Shown here: piece after piece, positions 21,753 through 34,619 of the stretch
How the letters are laid out: every line of letters starts with the position of its first letter
Numbering within the stretch: the stretch's first letter is position 1
Assembly (NCBI GenBank): GCA_964187785.1
Contig: OZ076409.1
Span: 48,176,001 to 48,240,000, forward strand
Direction of reading: 5' to 3'
Length of the DNA: 64,000 bases
Source of the DNA: Amphiscolops sp. MND2022
Taxonomy: Eukaryota
Program-made: the position numbers and the translations under genes
The notes under the pieces: model-generated
Told to the model about the DNA's origin: nothing
The model's input: only the letters and a program-made list of their open reading frames with translations
Databases searched by the model: none

Positions 21753-24700
21753 TTATCTTTGACTGAACCGTGGGATCTGGTTTAAGTATACACGTTATGA
21801 AAAAGGGTTGGGCATTGGTAAAAATGGTTTTCGAGTAAAGACAAAAATACCAATCGTTAATTATATGTACAGTATTCATGAACGAGTATAGCACAAAATG
21901 AAAAAAAACAATAAAATGGGCAATTAAAACATCATATAATCAAAAAACAAGTATCGAAGTCAGGAATTAAAATACTCTTCAAGTTAATTTTTGTGGTAGT
22001 TTATAATAAAAAAAATCAAAAAATCGACAATCCTGGATATCAAAATTTGTTAATTACCACTATCTAATACTACATTTTGTTTCCTCCGTCATTGAGTCAG
22101 TCTAAAAAAACTCCCTATATAAGACATGAGCTCTTCGAGCGCGCCCCGTTCCGCCGCATTGAGATTACCCGCCGTTTTTCGATATTCCCGAAGGAGCGCC
22201 AGCAGACTTCTCCACTCCTCCGTTCCCGGGCGTATCACTACTTCTCGCCGCCTATGGGTTGCGGTGGATACTTCGACTGTCATGGGTGCCAGGTCGAAAA
22301 GGCAGAAGATTCTTACTACGCGGACGTACTCATTCCAGTTCGGGAAATACCACTTACTAATATAGAGCCCCATTAAAGCCATGACCGCAAAAATGGTGAA
22401 TAATCAGTCTATAATAATAATCAACAAACTCAAAACTTTACTTGCTATCCGCAACAACAAAAAATGCTTATACTCAAATTTTTCGTACTCGCGATGTTTT
22501 ATTTGGAGGGCTGCTTCGAGGGCTGTTTAGAGAGACAACATATGTTTCCTATAGTCTTATTCCTTTCAGCAACATTCAGGTACGGGCTTCTCCACTTGCT
22601 CACTAAGATATTCACGTTTAGAAATACGCCAGAGAGTCAAAATTATGAGGTGGGCTTTTCGCCGTTGAAAATTTTACTTACACGGCAAAATTACTCTTAT
22701 AACACCGTCAGCTTTCGCCAACGTTTCGGAACTACCAAATTGTACTCTTATATCCTCTCAATTTTGTGATACGTGAAAGCAATGATGCATGAGAATATCA
22801 TAACAAGAATGCAATGGGCTTCACTTTACTATCGGAGGGTTTTCTCCGCGCAGAATGTGAATGTAGACGGGGGTTACGACATAAGGATTTTATTGGAAGG
22901 AGGGGAGCAGCTTTTGCAAGAACATCTGTCGCATGGCCGGGTCGAATTTACCCTATTTCTGCTCAAACTCTCTATTCCTGGGAAAAGGGTCGAGGGTCAG
23001 ACGTTTTGACTCCGATTGGCTTGACGAACGCTTCAAAGAGCCTTTAAAAAACGTCGCTTCCGGACTTTTTATCTTGAATTCATTTGAACAAAAATTATCA
23101 TTTTCATCCTAATTCATTTCTATATAACCTGCTAGATTTTTGCATCTTTTTGTCTGTTTCTTTCGCATTGGAATAGTTCTAAGGATCCTAACTTACATGT
23201 TCGAGTATAAGTTTGGATTGGTTGGGGCTAGTTATCGCGCCTGACAAAACAACGGGGAGAGTAGCACTAGGGTAGGGGTTGCGAGAGGTAGGGGTGTGGG
23301 TATGTTCATGGGCACCTTATTAAATGCAATCGGTTAGGGTCAGGAATGGGTGTTGATACATTAAAAAGGATATAAATACAATAATATGGCTCATTGAAAT
23401 TCAGCCTTTGAAATGTTGCTCATCAAAAGAAAACTTGATACAATTTCATCGTCTCGCAATAAAAAATGCCTTCGGCGGAACCTCAATTTCGCCTGACAAC
23501 AAGAATAACGTTGACTTCACAACAATAATTTTAGGAAAAAAATTAAGGGAACGATCGAAATTGGGTTTGTCATGAAATATACTCATATGTTAGGCGGATG
23601 GAGTTTCACGTACATCGCCGCATCGTATGGTGGACACGCATTGCTGTCATCTTGGTTTCTGCTTTCCCACACTGTTTCCTTCCTCTGACTGCACCAGCGT
23701 CGTGTCTCATCCGATCTCAGTTGCAGCTGCGGCGATTGTACTTCAATTGGGTTGACCTTCCACATGCTGTGCTTTCGGTGGGTCGGCCGGCACAGGCAAG
23801 TCAATTCCCTCTGCTGACGCTCTGTTTTGCGCCTACCTTGCTTCGTGTGGGGTACCCAGCTGGATCCGAACAACCCAACTTGCTGCTGCTCAGCTTTTCG
23901 CCTCCCATGCTTCCTGTGTGTGGGCTCAGAGCTTTGAATGAGGTCCGACATCGACATTGTCGTCAATCGTATCACCTCCTTTGGGTAGCTTCTGCTTTGT
24001 GGCACACAGTGTCAACCTCACTGGTAACACACTTCCCTTCTTGACTGATCCCCTCGGGTTTAACACGGGCGTCGAGCAGTGTTTTAGTGTGTTCTTTATC
24101 AACCTCCTCTCCAGGTAAATGGTTGGCTGCTGTGGTTGAGTGGGACACAAATTCTGATAGTCTCTCCCCTACAAGAGAGGTAATTTCAGCCAGTGCTTCG
24201 TCAACATCAACTTCGAGCTCTTTCACTGGAACCTCGAACCCTTCATCTACCTCAAGTTCATCAAGCAGTTTCTAAATATAGGCATCCAATGCAAGTGAAT
24301 CGCCTACCTCGGGCAAGTGACAGCAACCTAGTTTAGCCACTTCAGGTTCCATTACATCTATCAAAATTTCCTAGATGGTGGCACTGTCTATATTATTTAC
24401 ATCAGCAGTTGCTGGGTCCCAACGCTCGTTCGACTGGATTTGGGTCTCAGGTTTGACGACTCTCAGCTCCGTCAACTGCCTTGCACGTTTCCCAATTGTA
24501 TGCCCAACAATTACTCCTCGACTAAGAGCAGGCATTCCAAAGTTGTTCTTCACCGGGGTACACGGCATCAAAGCTGAGTGAAGCGAACACTTGCCTTCTG
24601 CCTTGGGACGCCCAGGTGAGCTTTCGGGTTTTGCTAAAGCTCGATCCTCACTTGCATTGGCAGGCGTCTCCACCTCGCAAAAACAGTCGGCCGGTTTCAA

Positions 24701-24939
24701 CACAACGTCCAAATAACTGTCGGGTTCATGACTTTTTACCGTTTCCGGCTCTCGTACCGCGCAGAATTGGTCCACTTGCGACTCAAGTGTACCATGTTGC
24801 CAAGCACTGATGTTTCTCGGGGAGAGTATTCACGGGCCACTCCTAATCTTTCCACGGTCAACAGTTTGTCTGGTATCTGCTCACTAGCGCCTTTGTTGAG
24901 ACCAGTAAATGAGGACTGAGTAGTCAAAGTTTTGTTCGA

Positions 24940-25953
24940 CGATCGCCGTGCATCAGCTTTCACAATTCCTTCGGCTTGTTGCTGTGTGAGGGTGCCGTAT
25001 GATTCGGCCGGGAGAGCTAACTTCTGCGACGGTCTACCGGCGCTCGCAAGTTTAAATGATCTCTTCTTTGTGGGCATTTTTTGCGATGTGTCCGTCTATT
25101 CCGCACTCAAAACATCGAAATGGCTCCCTTGGTCTCTGGACCTGAGTTCAAATTCCCGACACCAACGCGCTGACGAATCGGGTCGTCATCTCTGTTAGAC
25201 TGTTCGTTGCAACAGTGATTTCGTTCACTTGCTGTTTCATCTCATTTATCTCCTTGTCGCTGTTCACGAGAGCCATCTCTTGAGTCACCCTGAAGGCGTC
25301 TACGCGCTTGTTCGGTCGACTGCGTATGGACTCAGTAAAAGCCTCTAAATCAACCGCTCTATCCACTGTCTCCGTGAAAGTCCTTGTGTTTCTCTGAGTA
25401 GGACATCGAGTAGCTCAGGATTGTACAACCTTCAAGGAAGCGCACCTTGAACAGTTCGTCTCGTTCTTCAGCGTCCCGTCCACGTTGTGGTACATTAACA
25501 TAACGGTACTTCGAACTCGGCGCGCAAAATCCTTGAGGCTCTCATCGCTCGCTTTTCTGCACTAGTGCTCCGAATTCACTTCTTCCGAAACGGTCGTTTC
25601 GCAGGACACTCAAAGCTCCGTCCAAATGCTCAAATAAGTTTCGCAGATGTCGGGGCCGGTTCTCCTTCAGGGTCTTGTCTCAACACTGCTGGTGCGGCAT
25701 AGAACTCATCCAACGCGGGACCGTTTAGACAAACTGGCGAGGCGTTGATGGCTTGAATCTGGGTCCATCTGTTCGCCGCTGCCACCGCGACGAAGTGTGA
25801 CTTCTATTGAACCCAGTTTGGAAAAGTATCGGATGGAAATCGGTCCGGTCTAACTGCGCCATTTCGGAAAATGTAATTCTGCTGATCGTCCAGCACTCGT
25901 CCAAAGGCCTGCATGGTCACCTCCAGCAAGTCTCGTTTCTCGTTTGGATTCAT
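24940..25953 (-). pseudogene. Gypsy-type gag, degenerate
   Basis: Manual translation: HFVAVAAANRWTQIQAI...CLNGPALDEFY; DESLKDFARRV; RFLEGLYNPELLDVLLRE; CCHC-type knuckle CFECGIDGHIAK at ~25075-25115. Contains stops and frameshifts. Confidence 0.8.
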
Positions 25954-26021
25954 CTCCCAATCCACGAGTAAAAGTAGAATCCAAGTAACAAGTTGTAACA
26001 TGATAGCAAATTACGAAAAGT

Positions 26022-26039
26022 GCCCACCCAGGAGCGCCA
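26022..26039 (-). promoter_or_regulatory. Primer binding site complementary to tRNA-Asn
   Basis: Plus strand GCCCACCCAGGAGCGCCA closely resembles the animal tRNA-Asn 3' end GCCCACCCAGGGACGCCA. It lies 1 nt from the LTR. Confidence 0.75.
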
Positions 26040-26040
26040 C

Positions 26041-27937
26041 TGTAGAAATTTTTAGATAGCAAGGGTAGAGAGATTTCCTCAAGAAACTAACTCTATCAGA
26101 AAAAGGATTTTTGGTGAGTAAGTTTGGTTATTTCTATCGTGTTCTCGGTTATCCAAAATCTCGTCAGTGCTCAAGTTATTCGGCTCTCCTTGATTGACTA
26201 AGAAAGTAGAAGTAATAATCGAATTACTTTTTTAGAGAAAATCAAATCTGGTTCTTTACCAACAATCGCTACCTAATAACTACATGCGTTACCGCCAACC
26301 AAGTCTCGCGCAAAATACAAGTGACGGACTTGTAGAATTTCTATCTCTAGCTCCCAGAGCTAACGACAAACAAGTTTTCTTAGCGAAGCCAGGTTTCTTG
26401 CCCCCGTCTCGAGGCTCAACTTGCTTGTAGCTCTCTATCTCGGTTGTGCCTATTCAGTATATTTCAATTCTTTCTCAATTATATTTATTCATCGGTTTCA
26501 TCATAACATCATATCATATTTGACATTTTCGTTACATACAGGGCGTCGGCATATTGAGTTTGCATGTGTGTTTACCTTCATGTTTATCCATTACTTTTAT
26601 GGTAAGGCAAACGCCACTGGTTATATTTCGACTAAACATTCCTTGCCGCCGATGGCAAATGATTCGGCAATGGTTGTACAAAGTTCACATTTTTATAAGA
26701 ATTCAAGTCAATCCAGATATTTCTATTTTCGAGACAATTCTTCAATGACCTTCAGTTTCATGGTTTACATGTTCGTTACATATGTAAGGGGTACGTCCCC
26801 ATCATTTTAAGTGCATTGCATTGCAATTCCTCTTGCATGACTGAATTGAATAAACAATCACTCAAAAAAGCTGATATACATGTTTTATTGTAAGTTCTTT
26901 CATATGTTCCGGGGTTGCATCTAAAATGACTTTGATGTCCGTCGGTGACCTTGAAATTATTTGTAGCTATCCAAAGTTGCTACATGCCAAGTTATATCGT
27001 CCTAGGGTCAATGGTCTCCGAGTTATTTGATGTGCGTATCATTTATTTACTTAAGGCTGTCACCCCCGCATGGGTTACGAATACTGTTCCATTCACAATA
27101 GCAATCAACCACATTCGTTATTCCAGTCCATTTCAGATATTACAAGCTGAAGACAAATGTCAATTATCGGTCGGGCCCGCGCGTCTACTCCCGCGTGCCT
27201 CAAACAAACATTACTCAGCGCGTGGTGGGCCGATCAATTTATCTTTCATGTATATCACTTAGGATTGGTAGATGTACATATTAGGCAAGTTTCATAATCC
27301 TCGGGTCATCCGTTGGCTATTTACATAACATTCGGGGTTTGTTTCCATAGGGTCGGTGCTCCTCCTACACGCGTCATGGGGTTCCGAAAATATGCGCAAC
27401 TGGCTGAATATCCTATCAATTCCAAGTGCTATACGACTTATCCCGTGCTTCGCCGACGAATTCGTAGGGGGGTCGACCTAGGTCACTTCCGGTGGTAATA
27501 TCTCGGGACCGGGTGGAGGTACGAGGTCGGGTATCTCGCGTTGAAAGTTGAGTTAACACCTCTAGTGTATGCATGCCAAATTTCAGCGCGATCTGAGAAG
27601 TCCTTCTCAAAAACGTGAGGGATGGTGTTTTTTGGGGATGCCTCGCCTTTTGCATAAAATAAAAACTTAGTAAAATTCGCTCTACGGGATAAATCCTTAG
27701 CATGATTCGAACGATTACATCGACGACGTCACTCACTGACTTGCTCAAACAATCAAGCTCACTCTTTTTATTATTCGTATGCCAAAATCATTAACGAAAT
27801 ACGCTAAATTCGCCTTTCCCGCTGTTTTTACTGAATTACGCATTTCGGAATGTCTGAAATTTAGTTCGATTTATAATCTGTGCTTCGCGCAAAAATGATG
27901 GGATTTTTTAAAAACGCTAAAGTCTAAAAATTTCACA
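26041..27937 (-). repeat. 5' LTR of the gag-only Gypsy-like element
   Basis: Colinear with 11250-13163 with scattered substitutions and small indels. Adjacent to the PBS. Confidence 0.9.
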
Positions 27938-27978
27938 ACTAGTGTAAAGAAAGCTAGTGCTCTGACCACTGCGCCAAC
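27938..27978 (-). mobile_element. A-box half of the split tRNA-derived SINE
   Basis: Minus strand GTTGGCGCAGTGGTCAGAGCAC is a Pol III A box in a D-arm-like context. Confidence 0.5.
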
Positions 27979-28541
27979 AATCTGCAGAACTTTGTGATTT
28001 TGCGGCATTTTTTGCTCGCATTGCCCGAATTTTACGAATCCTTTACGATTTCGCAATTAGACTGGGGGCTCTCTAGTCGTTCTTTTGGGACCAAAGACAA
28101 ATAGTTTATGATTATTAGTTTTTTTCCCAAACAAGGGTAGATACTAGCAATCAGAGTATATTTAAGTTCGTTTATTTATGTGAAACGTGTAGCGTTCATG
28201 AAAGCAACACATAAAATGTTCAGCGGAACTTTCAGAAATTGATTTTCAGGGCTTTTCCAGCAGAAAAAACCTTCTAGAAAAATTTTAAAGTTTGAAAAAA
28301 TGATCCGAACAAAAGCAAACTCGAGCGTAAGCTATACGCTAATTCCAACCAATATGAAAACTTGCTCCAAAATTCCTGAAATTTTGAAAAAAATGTCGAT
28401 TCTCGGCACTTGTTTTTGTATATTTTAAATGTATCTTCTTTGAAATTACGTTAGCGAGCTAAGTTATAGATCCTTGAACGTCGGTTAAGACTTGAATATC
28501 ACAAATGAAACATCATTCCAACTTTCTTTTATTTCCGGCAC

Positions 28542-29211
28542 TGTTACGACTATTGACCGGAGTTGTTTTGGTATTAGTTGCAGTTACTGTTTTAACAGGA
28601 GGTGACGTTCGAGCAACGGGGGTATTTTCAACTTCGGAGTCAGAATCTTGGTTTTCCAACGAAACTGCTCGTTTCTTACTCAGTGGTGCTATTAATATGA
28701 ACATTTCCTTCTGGTTTTCAGCTAGTATTTTTGATAGATCAGATAAAATCTCCTTTCTCAAGGACGCTTTTAGCTCGTTCAGATCTTCAGGCTCAGTTTT
28801 AGTGGTTTTGCTACAGCTGGGAACTAAGTTTTCAGTTACGTTATTCTCAGTTAAAGAAGTCTCAAACTCTCCTGACACCAACTCATTTACTGCCTTTCTT
28901 TTCTGGCTTCTCGTTGTCATTTTTGAAAGGGAGGAAACTATTGGATTTTTGAAGAACAGTGAATTTAGTAAAGAAAGATTCACGGAACTTTGTCGTTATC
29001 AATTTCAGAACAATACAAGTTATCAACTGATTATTTAGAATTGCATCAACTATATATACCTTCCTAGCATCATTTGTTCCTCACCTAAAAATTCCAAGGA
29101 ATCGCAAAAATTGGGTTTGTTCGTAAAAAATCCTATATGATTCAAATTGTTTCAGCCCTTTGTCAATAAATCAGGATTTGAAATTCCTAACAGCGTCACA
29201 TGATCGTCACA
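28542..29211 (-). mobile_element. Probable solo LTR containing a gag-like N-terminal ORF
   Basis: Termini TGTGACG...CGTAACA on the minus strand, TATA-like TATATA near 29051, ORF MTTRSQKRK...LKASLRKEILSDLSKILAENQKEM running to the LTR end. No TSD seen. Confidence 0.5.
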
Positions 29212-30835
29212 ATTGTTGAAAACATTTTTGTTCATTCACATCTACTTCCTGTATTGCTTTCAAAAGAGAGCAAAATAAAAGTCTGCTTGAATATTCTATC
29301 GACAAAGGTACGCCGGCATGAACAATTAGTCAGAACCTAAGCGAAAAGCTACTGGAAAACGCGGTGAAATGTATGACTAATAAATATGACGACGCAACTG
29401 AGACGCTGTCAACTATACTGATATTGGCTATTATGGAGGAACGAAATGATGCTAAGACTTCCGATTGATCGGTTTCCAATCTACAACTTTAACAAGCATC
29501 CAAAATCGTACATATTTCGACAAATAACAAATGTAGAATCAACATCACTCAATACATCAAACATGGCAATTCTATAATTCAACAAAACCAAAAATCAAAA
29601 CATAAATACTTCTCTGGTACTCCAGATTTAAGCATATCATACAATTATAGTAGCTAAAACAATACATGGGATTATCTAGAATAGCGTTGACCTAACGTCA
29701 TTATTATGTGAGTGTAAAAGAAACTGTACTGTGGTTGATCTATGTGAAATGTAAGTTACACTTGACGTTCTGTCTACGCTATTTCAAGATTACAACGAAA
29801 ATAGGCTTTGGCCAAACACAATGTAAATCCAATTGGAGTTTCGACTTTTAAAATCTTTCGCTTACGGCACAGTCTCGTTTGTTTATTGTTGAAAGTTAAA
29901 AATCAACGCATTGGATATCTATTCCTAAATAAAAATCACGAAGCGTATCATTAGGAATTATATGTTTGAATCCTTAAACCTTAAAGTGTGACGTAGTGTT
30001 GACGTACGTTTTAAGATTAGCTATAGCAAGCTAGCTGTTTAGTAGTTAGAGCGGAGCAACCACCATTCTTAAATTCATTCTTAATGACGTCACTAGAACG
30101 ATTCTCATTAGCTTGAGCGCAAATAAGCTGGTTATTACTGTGATGCTATTGGTCCATAAATTAGAATCACCAGTATTTTGTTGGCTTGAGTTACGTTGCC
30201 ATAACGCTACAAGAGCTCACTACAGTGAATTGAGTGGGCTTTTGTAGCTATTTCAAATACTTATAACAAATCCTTTGTAATAATTTTATGTTCTTTTCAT
30301 TTTAGATCGTATGTATTCCAATAGGGTTGAGAAATTAAATAATGTTTTTGCTGTTTTCATTTCAGTGTGGAGAGGAAAGAAAATGATCCCAGAAATAGGA
30401 ATGTTTTCACTTTGATATTTAGATCGGTATGAAATCTTTAACAGAAGAAACTGGAAATGAAAGATGAAATCGTTGTGTATGAAAACTCTAAACCAGAAGT
30501 TTCATTTTATCTAAGAATCATTTTTGGCTAGTTTACGTTGCGCGTACGTCGAGCTTCTTACTTAAATGTACCACTTAGCTGTTAGACTGCACCGTAAGTA
30601 AGATTTTACAAACAAATTACTGCGCCTGGGAGTAGCCATGTCCCATTCCTTTTGATTGTCTATGAATGCCATGCTGGCAGTACGTACACCAGCCGGAAGC
30701 GGGCTGTGACAGGCACTTCTCCAAGAAAGTGCATTTCCGTATTTACATTTACTACAAATCTCGAATTTGGTTTTAGAAACTCCGTTATTATGTATTAAAC
30801 TGTAGTTTGCTCGGGAAACGCGGCCGTGAGGTTGA

Positions 30836-30975
30836 ATTTTTGTGTTTAACATATCAATAATGTTATAATCTAATATTCTACGGTTAAAACAGATAATTGT
30901 TTTAATTAAAACAAACATCTGTTTTAACCGTAGAATAATAGATTACAACATTATTGATATGTAAAACACAAAAAT
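30836..30975. repeat. 140-bp near-perfect palindrome
   Basis: 70-bp arms with 5 mismatches and no spacer. Confidence 0.92.
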
Positions 30976-30976
30976 A

Positions 30977-31062
30977 GAAGATAGAAATAGATACTTGAAG
31001 AGAATCGAGTTAAAGTCTTAAGACTTTAACTCGATTCTCTTCAAGTATCTATTTCTATCTTC
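30977..31062. repeat. 86-bp perfect palindrome
   Basis: 43-bp arms that are exact reverse complements, centred on CTTAAG. Confidence 0.95.
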
Positions 31063-31506
31063 GTTACAAAACAACAATGATTTCAAGCACAATAACATAA
31101 AGTGACAGTAATTAGAGTTTTGTTGGTATACAAGACCAAGTCTCTCTGTGTATGACCGTATGTTACGGTATGAACTAAATCTACGGTAGAGGTCATGATG
31201 ACGGCATGTCATAAATAATGGTTGAAGAAACTAATTGAATAAAGTGATAAAGCATCCTTCTTTTGGGTTTTAGATTTCAGTGAAATACCTGCATCAGTAA
31301 AGAGACCCAACAATGCATATATAAAAACGCAAAAGATGCTGGTCAACTTTTGATACCTCTTCAAAAAAAATTGATACAATTCATTCAAAGCAGATGTTCT
31401 TGACTCCCTTCATTGAGAAAGTGACGAAAACTGTGACAATTTGAAAAAGGAAAGAGAAATGTTGAGCCATTTTATTTCGACTAGTAACAAGAGTAAGCTT
31501 AATTAC

Positions 31507-31684
31507 CGTAGACTCCACATCGCCTGTAACCATCATAGGATACGAAACAACTTTCCCACAATCCTCTGTGCCGTCTTCTATAAATCCAGCCTTCGTTTCC
31601 ATGGCCCAGGAAACCGAACAATAGACTAACAAAAGCAAGGGCTACCCCCACGACACCAATAACTTGGGGAACGGTTGGGTTCAT
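31507..31684 (-). pseudogene. Claudin/PMP22-family first exon; downstream exons appear degenerate
   Basis: MNPTVPQVIGVVGVALAFVSLLFGFLGHGNEGWIYRRRHRGLWESCFVSYDGYRRCGVY: TM1 plus the W-GLW-C-C signature, ending at a GT donor. A hydrophobic remnant LTSIFCVFIYALLGLFTDA at ~31290-31350 is out of frame. Confidence 0.55.
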
Positions 31685-33299
31685 TTTTGAGTCTTTCACC
31701 AACCAAAAACAGGTTTTCTTCATTCAATTGGTTCATTACTGAGGAACCCTTGGAGAAAGACAGAGAAAGACATATATGTTTTCATACATGTTTCATTCAT
31801 AAATTTTCCAAGAGTTTTGTTCCCGAGCTATCTGCATGAAGAATATTTTAAAACATTTGAAAAACTCACATGACCAAAAGCATTCATTGTAAATAGCAAA
31901 ATTCTTGCTTTTACATCAGTTTTATTATTCCATTTTTGGTAGGTCTTTTGACGAAATATCAATTGGAAAATTTTTTCTAGGATGAAAATTTGACAGTTGA
32001 CAAGCAGCAAATCAAGCCTTGCCATTTCCTGGTGGTTCAAGTAATCCAGAGACGTTGGTGCCACAATTAGTTAATTATTTGGCAAGTTAACAAAGGAAGG
32101 AAACCTGAGTTACGGTATGAGAAGTGTCTATTGATATGACAAGTGTTTTGACTCTGGATCGTTGTTTTTGCACAATGAATTCCATCACCTGTTTGCCGCA
32201 AAAAAGTTTGACACGTGCTTCAATATAGTTACTGGTACAGTATAATAACTGGAAGACTGGAGAATGGAAAAATTCTAATTCGAAGAGATCATCGAATGAC
32301 AGTTATTTGATAAAGTGAAACGTTTCAAATACAGAGGGACAAAAATGTTCTCTGATATTTGAACTGTGTATTTTTTCATAGGCGATCAATAAAAGAAATC
32401 AGTTCCGCTTTGATTGATTTTTTTGTTCAATTGCAGCTGATATCCTAATGATGAAGAAAATGAGCTCGCAAAAGTAACTTGAACGCTCGTTCTCGAGAAT
32501 GAAAGAAAAGAAGCTGAGCACCAACAACAAGACCTGAAGGGACTCAGTTTAAAAACTCTTCGAATTACTATGAAGCATTTTGCGTATTCGTGAAACCCTT
32601 GATAAACTTTTTGGTCAGGTTAATACCAACAGTGGCTGTCACCAATTCCAGCTTGATGGGGGCTTCCCATCTGATCGAATGTCCTCTTAGCCGAAGTTGA
32701 AAAAGATTTCACTTGGCCGAATTTTAAAAAATTAATCAAGAGTGATCAATTTCTCAAATTTGATTGGACAACGATACTTCAAAGATGCAGCGGATAACTG
32801 TACCTGTAACCAGGAATAGCCTCAATGGAAAATACGATAATGTAGTCAGCTATGGTAACATACCTCCAGTGCCCTTAATGCAGGAGCGAAGCGAAGCAGA
32901 GTGACATGCCTTTACTTGACCAGCAGCTGGTTTCGACGAAGGCCGACCTGGAGGAGCGCGAAGCGCCTCGGAAAAAGGAACGTCGAATCATCGAACCAAT
33001 ATAAACAAATCACCGATAGTAGTTTTAATTAGTCTATGTGGAACGAATTTCAATTTCGGCGCGATGGGAATGATATCGTTTTTCAGTGCCATGGATTATC
33101 ACCTTGTAACTGGTAGTGTGAACAGTAGCAAAGTAATTGTAAACAATGAAATTAATTGAAAGGACTAAGGTTTCTGGTGGAAAAATCAAGAATTTGAGTG
33201 AAGACTGAGCAAGGTTTTCGAGGGTTAACCTAACTGGTTGAGGCTTTATAGACAACGAGGTATTTTGCACTGGGGGAATACACAACCTTGCAAAGTTTG

Positions 33300-33700
33300 A
33301 AACTTTTCATCCAAAAACAATCTAACCAAAAAGTGATGCTAAGATTCGTTTGAGAGGATTGTTTTGTGGAGAGCAAAATAGAAGAACAAAAATCACGAGA
33401 AAACGACCCTGAAGCTTCTCAGCGGAAAAAACCACTGAATGCAGAATTTTGATGCATTGGTATACCCAGGTGATAAGAAAGAGGTAATCCAAGTATTGGA
33501 ACATTGTGTACAACCAAAAGCACAGAAAAATTTGATGGTAATCGAATTTGGTCCATAACAGAGGAATAATTTTCCCTAGCTTACGTATAACACTCAATCT
33601 TTGATAAATTTCTGATGACAATTCTTAGCAATTGAAAAATTTGTGTCTAATGTCTTGCTCAATTTAGAGAGAGATGAGGTTGAAAGTGGTGATAACAGAC
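33300..33700 (-). mobile_element. Possible decayed non-LTR (CR1/L2-like) RT C-terminal remnant
   Basis: RLSVIRKLGKIIP...TK...LDY...W resembles the post-RT region of CR1/L2 ORF2. Highly degenerate. Confidence 0.3.
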
Positions 33701-34619
33701 AACCAATGATTCATTTTAAAAAGCTTCTCGGGTTTTTGGGAAATTTCCAACTAATCAATGAAGCCAGATTGTGTATGGATGGTGGTTGTGATTCAAAAAC
33801 GTTTATTCTGAGAACGACTTTCTTGTATCAATCGATTCGAAAGTAAAACTTCATGACTTCGTTATACAGAGCGCATTGAGCCAACAATCCAATCAGGAAG
33901 AGAAAAAAGTCTCGTCAAGTTAATGCTCAAGAGAGCCAATTCGGATTGAATGAGCACTAATAAATTGCAAATAAAAGCCAACTAATAAATTCATACTATA
34001 ATCAATTTGTCCTTGAGACTGAGGGGGCTGAACTATGGTGATAATATCGAACCTTCACTTTCAAACAGAATGAAAAATAATACTTATTATCAGCAATATA
34101 ATTCGAAAATCAACGTCTGATTCGCAATTAGCTTCTTTTGGCGAGAGATTGGGTTCAGTTCTCCAGGTCAACATTTGTTTCAGATAACTGGCTATGCATT
34201 TCACCTTTATATGAAAGTGTGCTAATCTATCAAGCCTTCTTGATGATCGGTTAACAATTCAGTTGATATTCCGTAGAAATATAAAAGGAAATGCTCCAGT
34301 TCCAACACTACTGCTAAAATTCCAGTTCCTTTATTGAGTAATTCTTTTCAGTGTCCTTTAGGAATCTACTTGCAAATCCGATAGGTTTGACGTTGTCGTT
34401 TTTTTCTCTGCCATAGTGTAGCCACTAAATCTTTTGTACTGGCGTCTGCTGTTGTGATGGTTTTGTTTTCTGCAATGTAGAGTGGTAAACAGGGTACTTG
34501 GATAATGCATTCTTCTAGGTTATTTGAACCTTTTGAATGTTCTTCCATCCATGTCCATTCGATAACTCTCAAAAAGCGTTTTTCGTTTTTTTTTGTGTGT
34601 GTGTGTGTTTTGTAAATGC

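Larger units (their letters stand above)
11250..27937 (-). mobile_element. Non-autonomous gag-only Ty3/Gypsy-like LTR retrotransposon, interrupted by a BEL/Pao element
   Basis: ~1.9-kb direct repeats with TG...CA termini, PBS at 26022-26039 and PPT at 13164-13192 on the minus strand, degenerate gag. No RT, RNase H or integrase motifs found. Flanks CCCAG/ACTAG match only 3 of 5. Confidence 0.85.

Noticed and set aside
30562..30760. Possible C-type lectin exon (LSWRSAC...MAFIDNQKEWD, minus strand)
   Set aside because: Resemblance is weak, and no downstream WIGL or Cys motifs were found in frame.
34594..34608. (TG)n microsatellite
   Set aside because: Short ordinary simple repeat.
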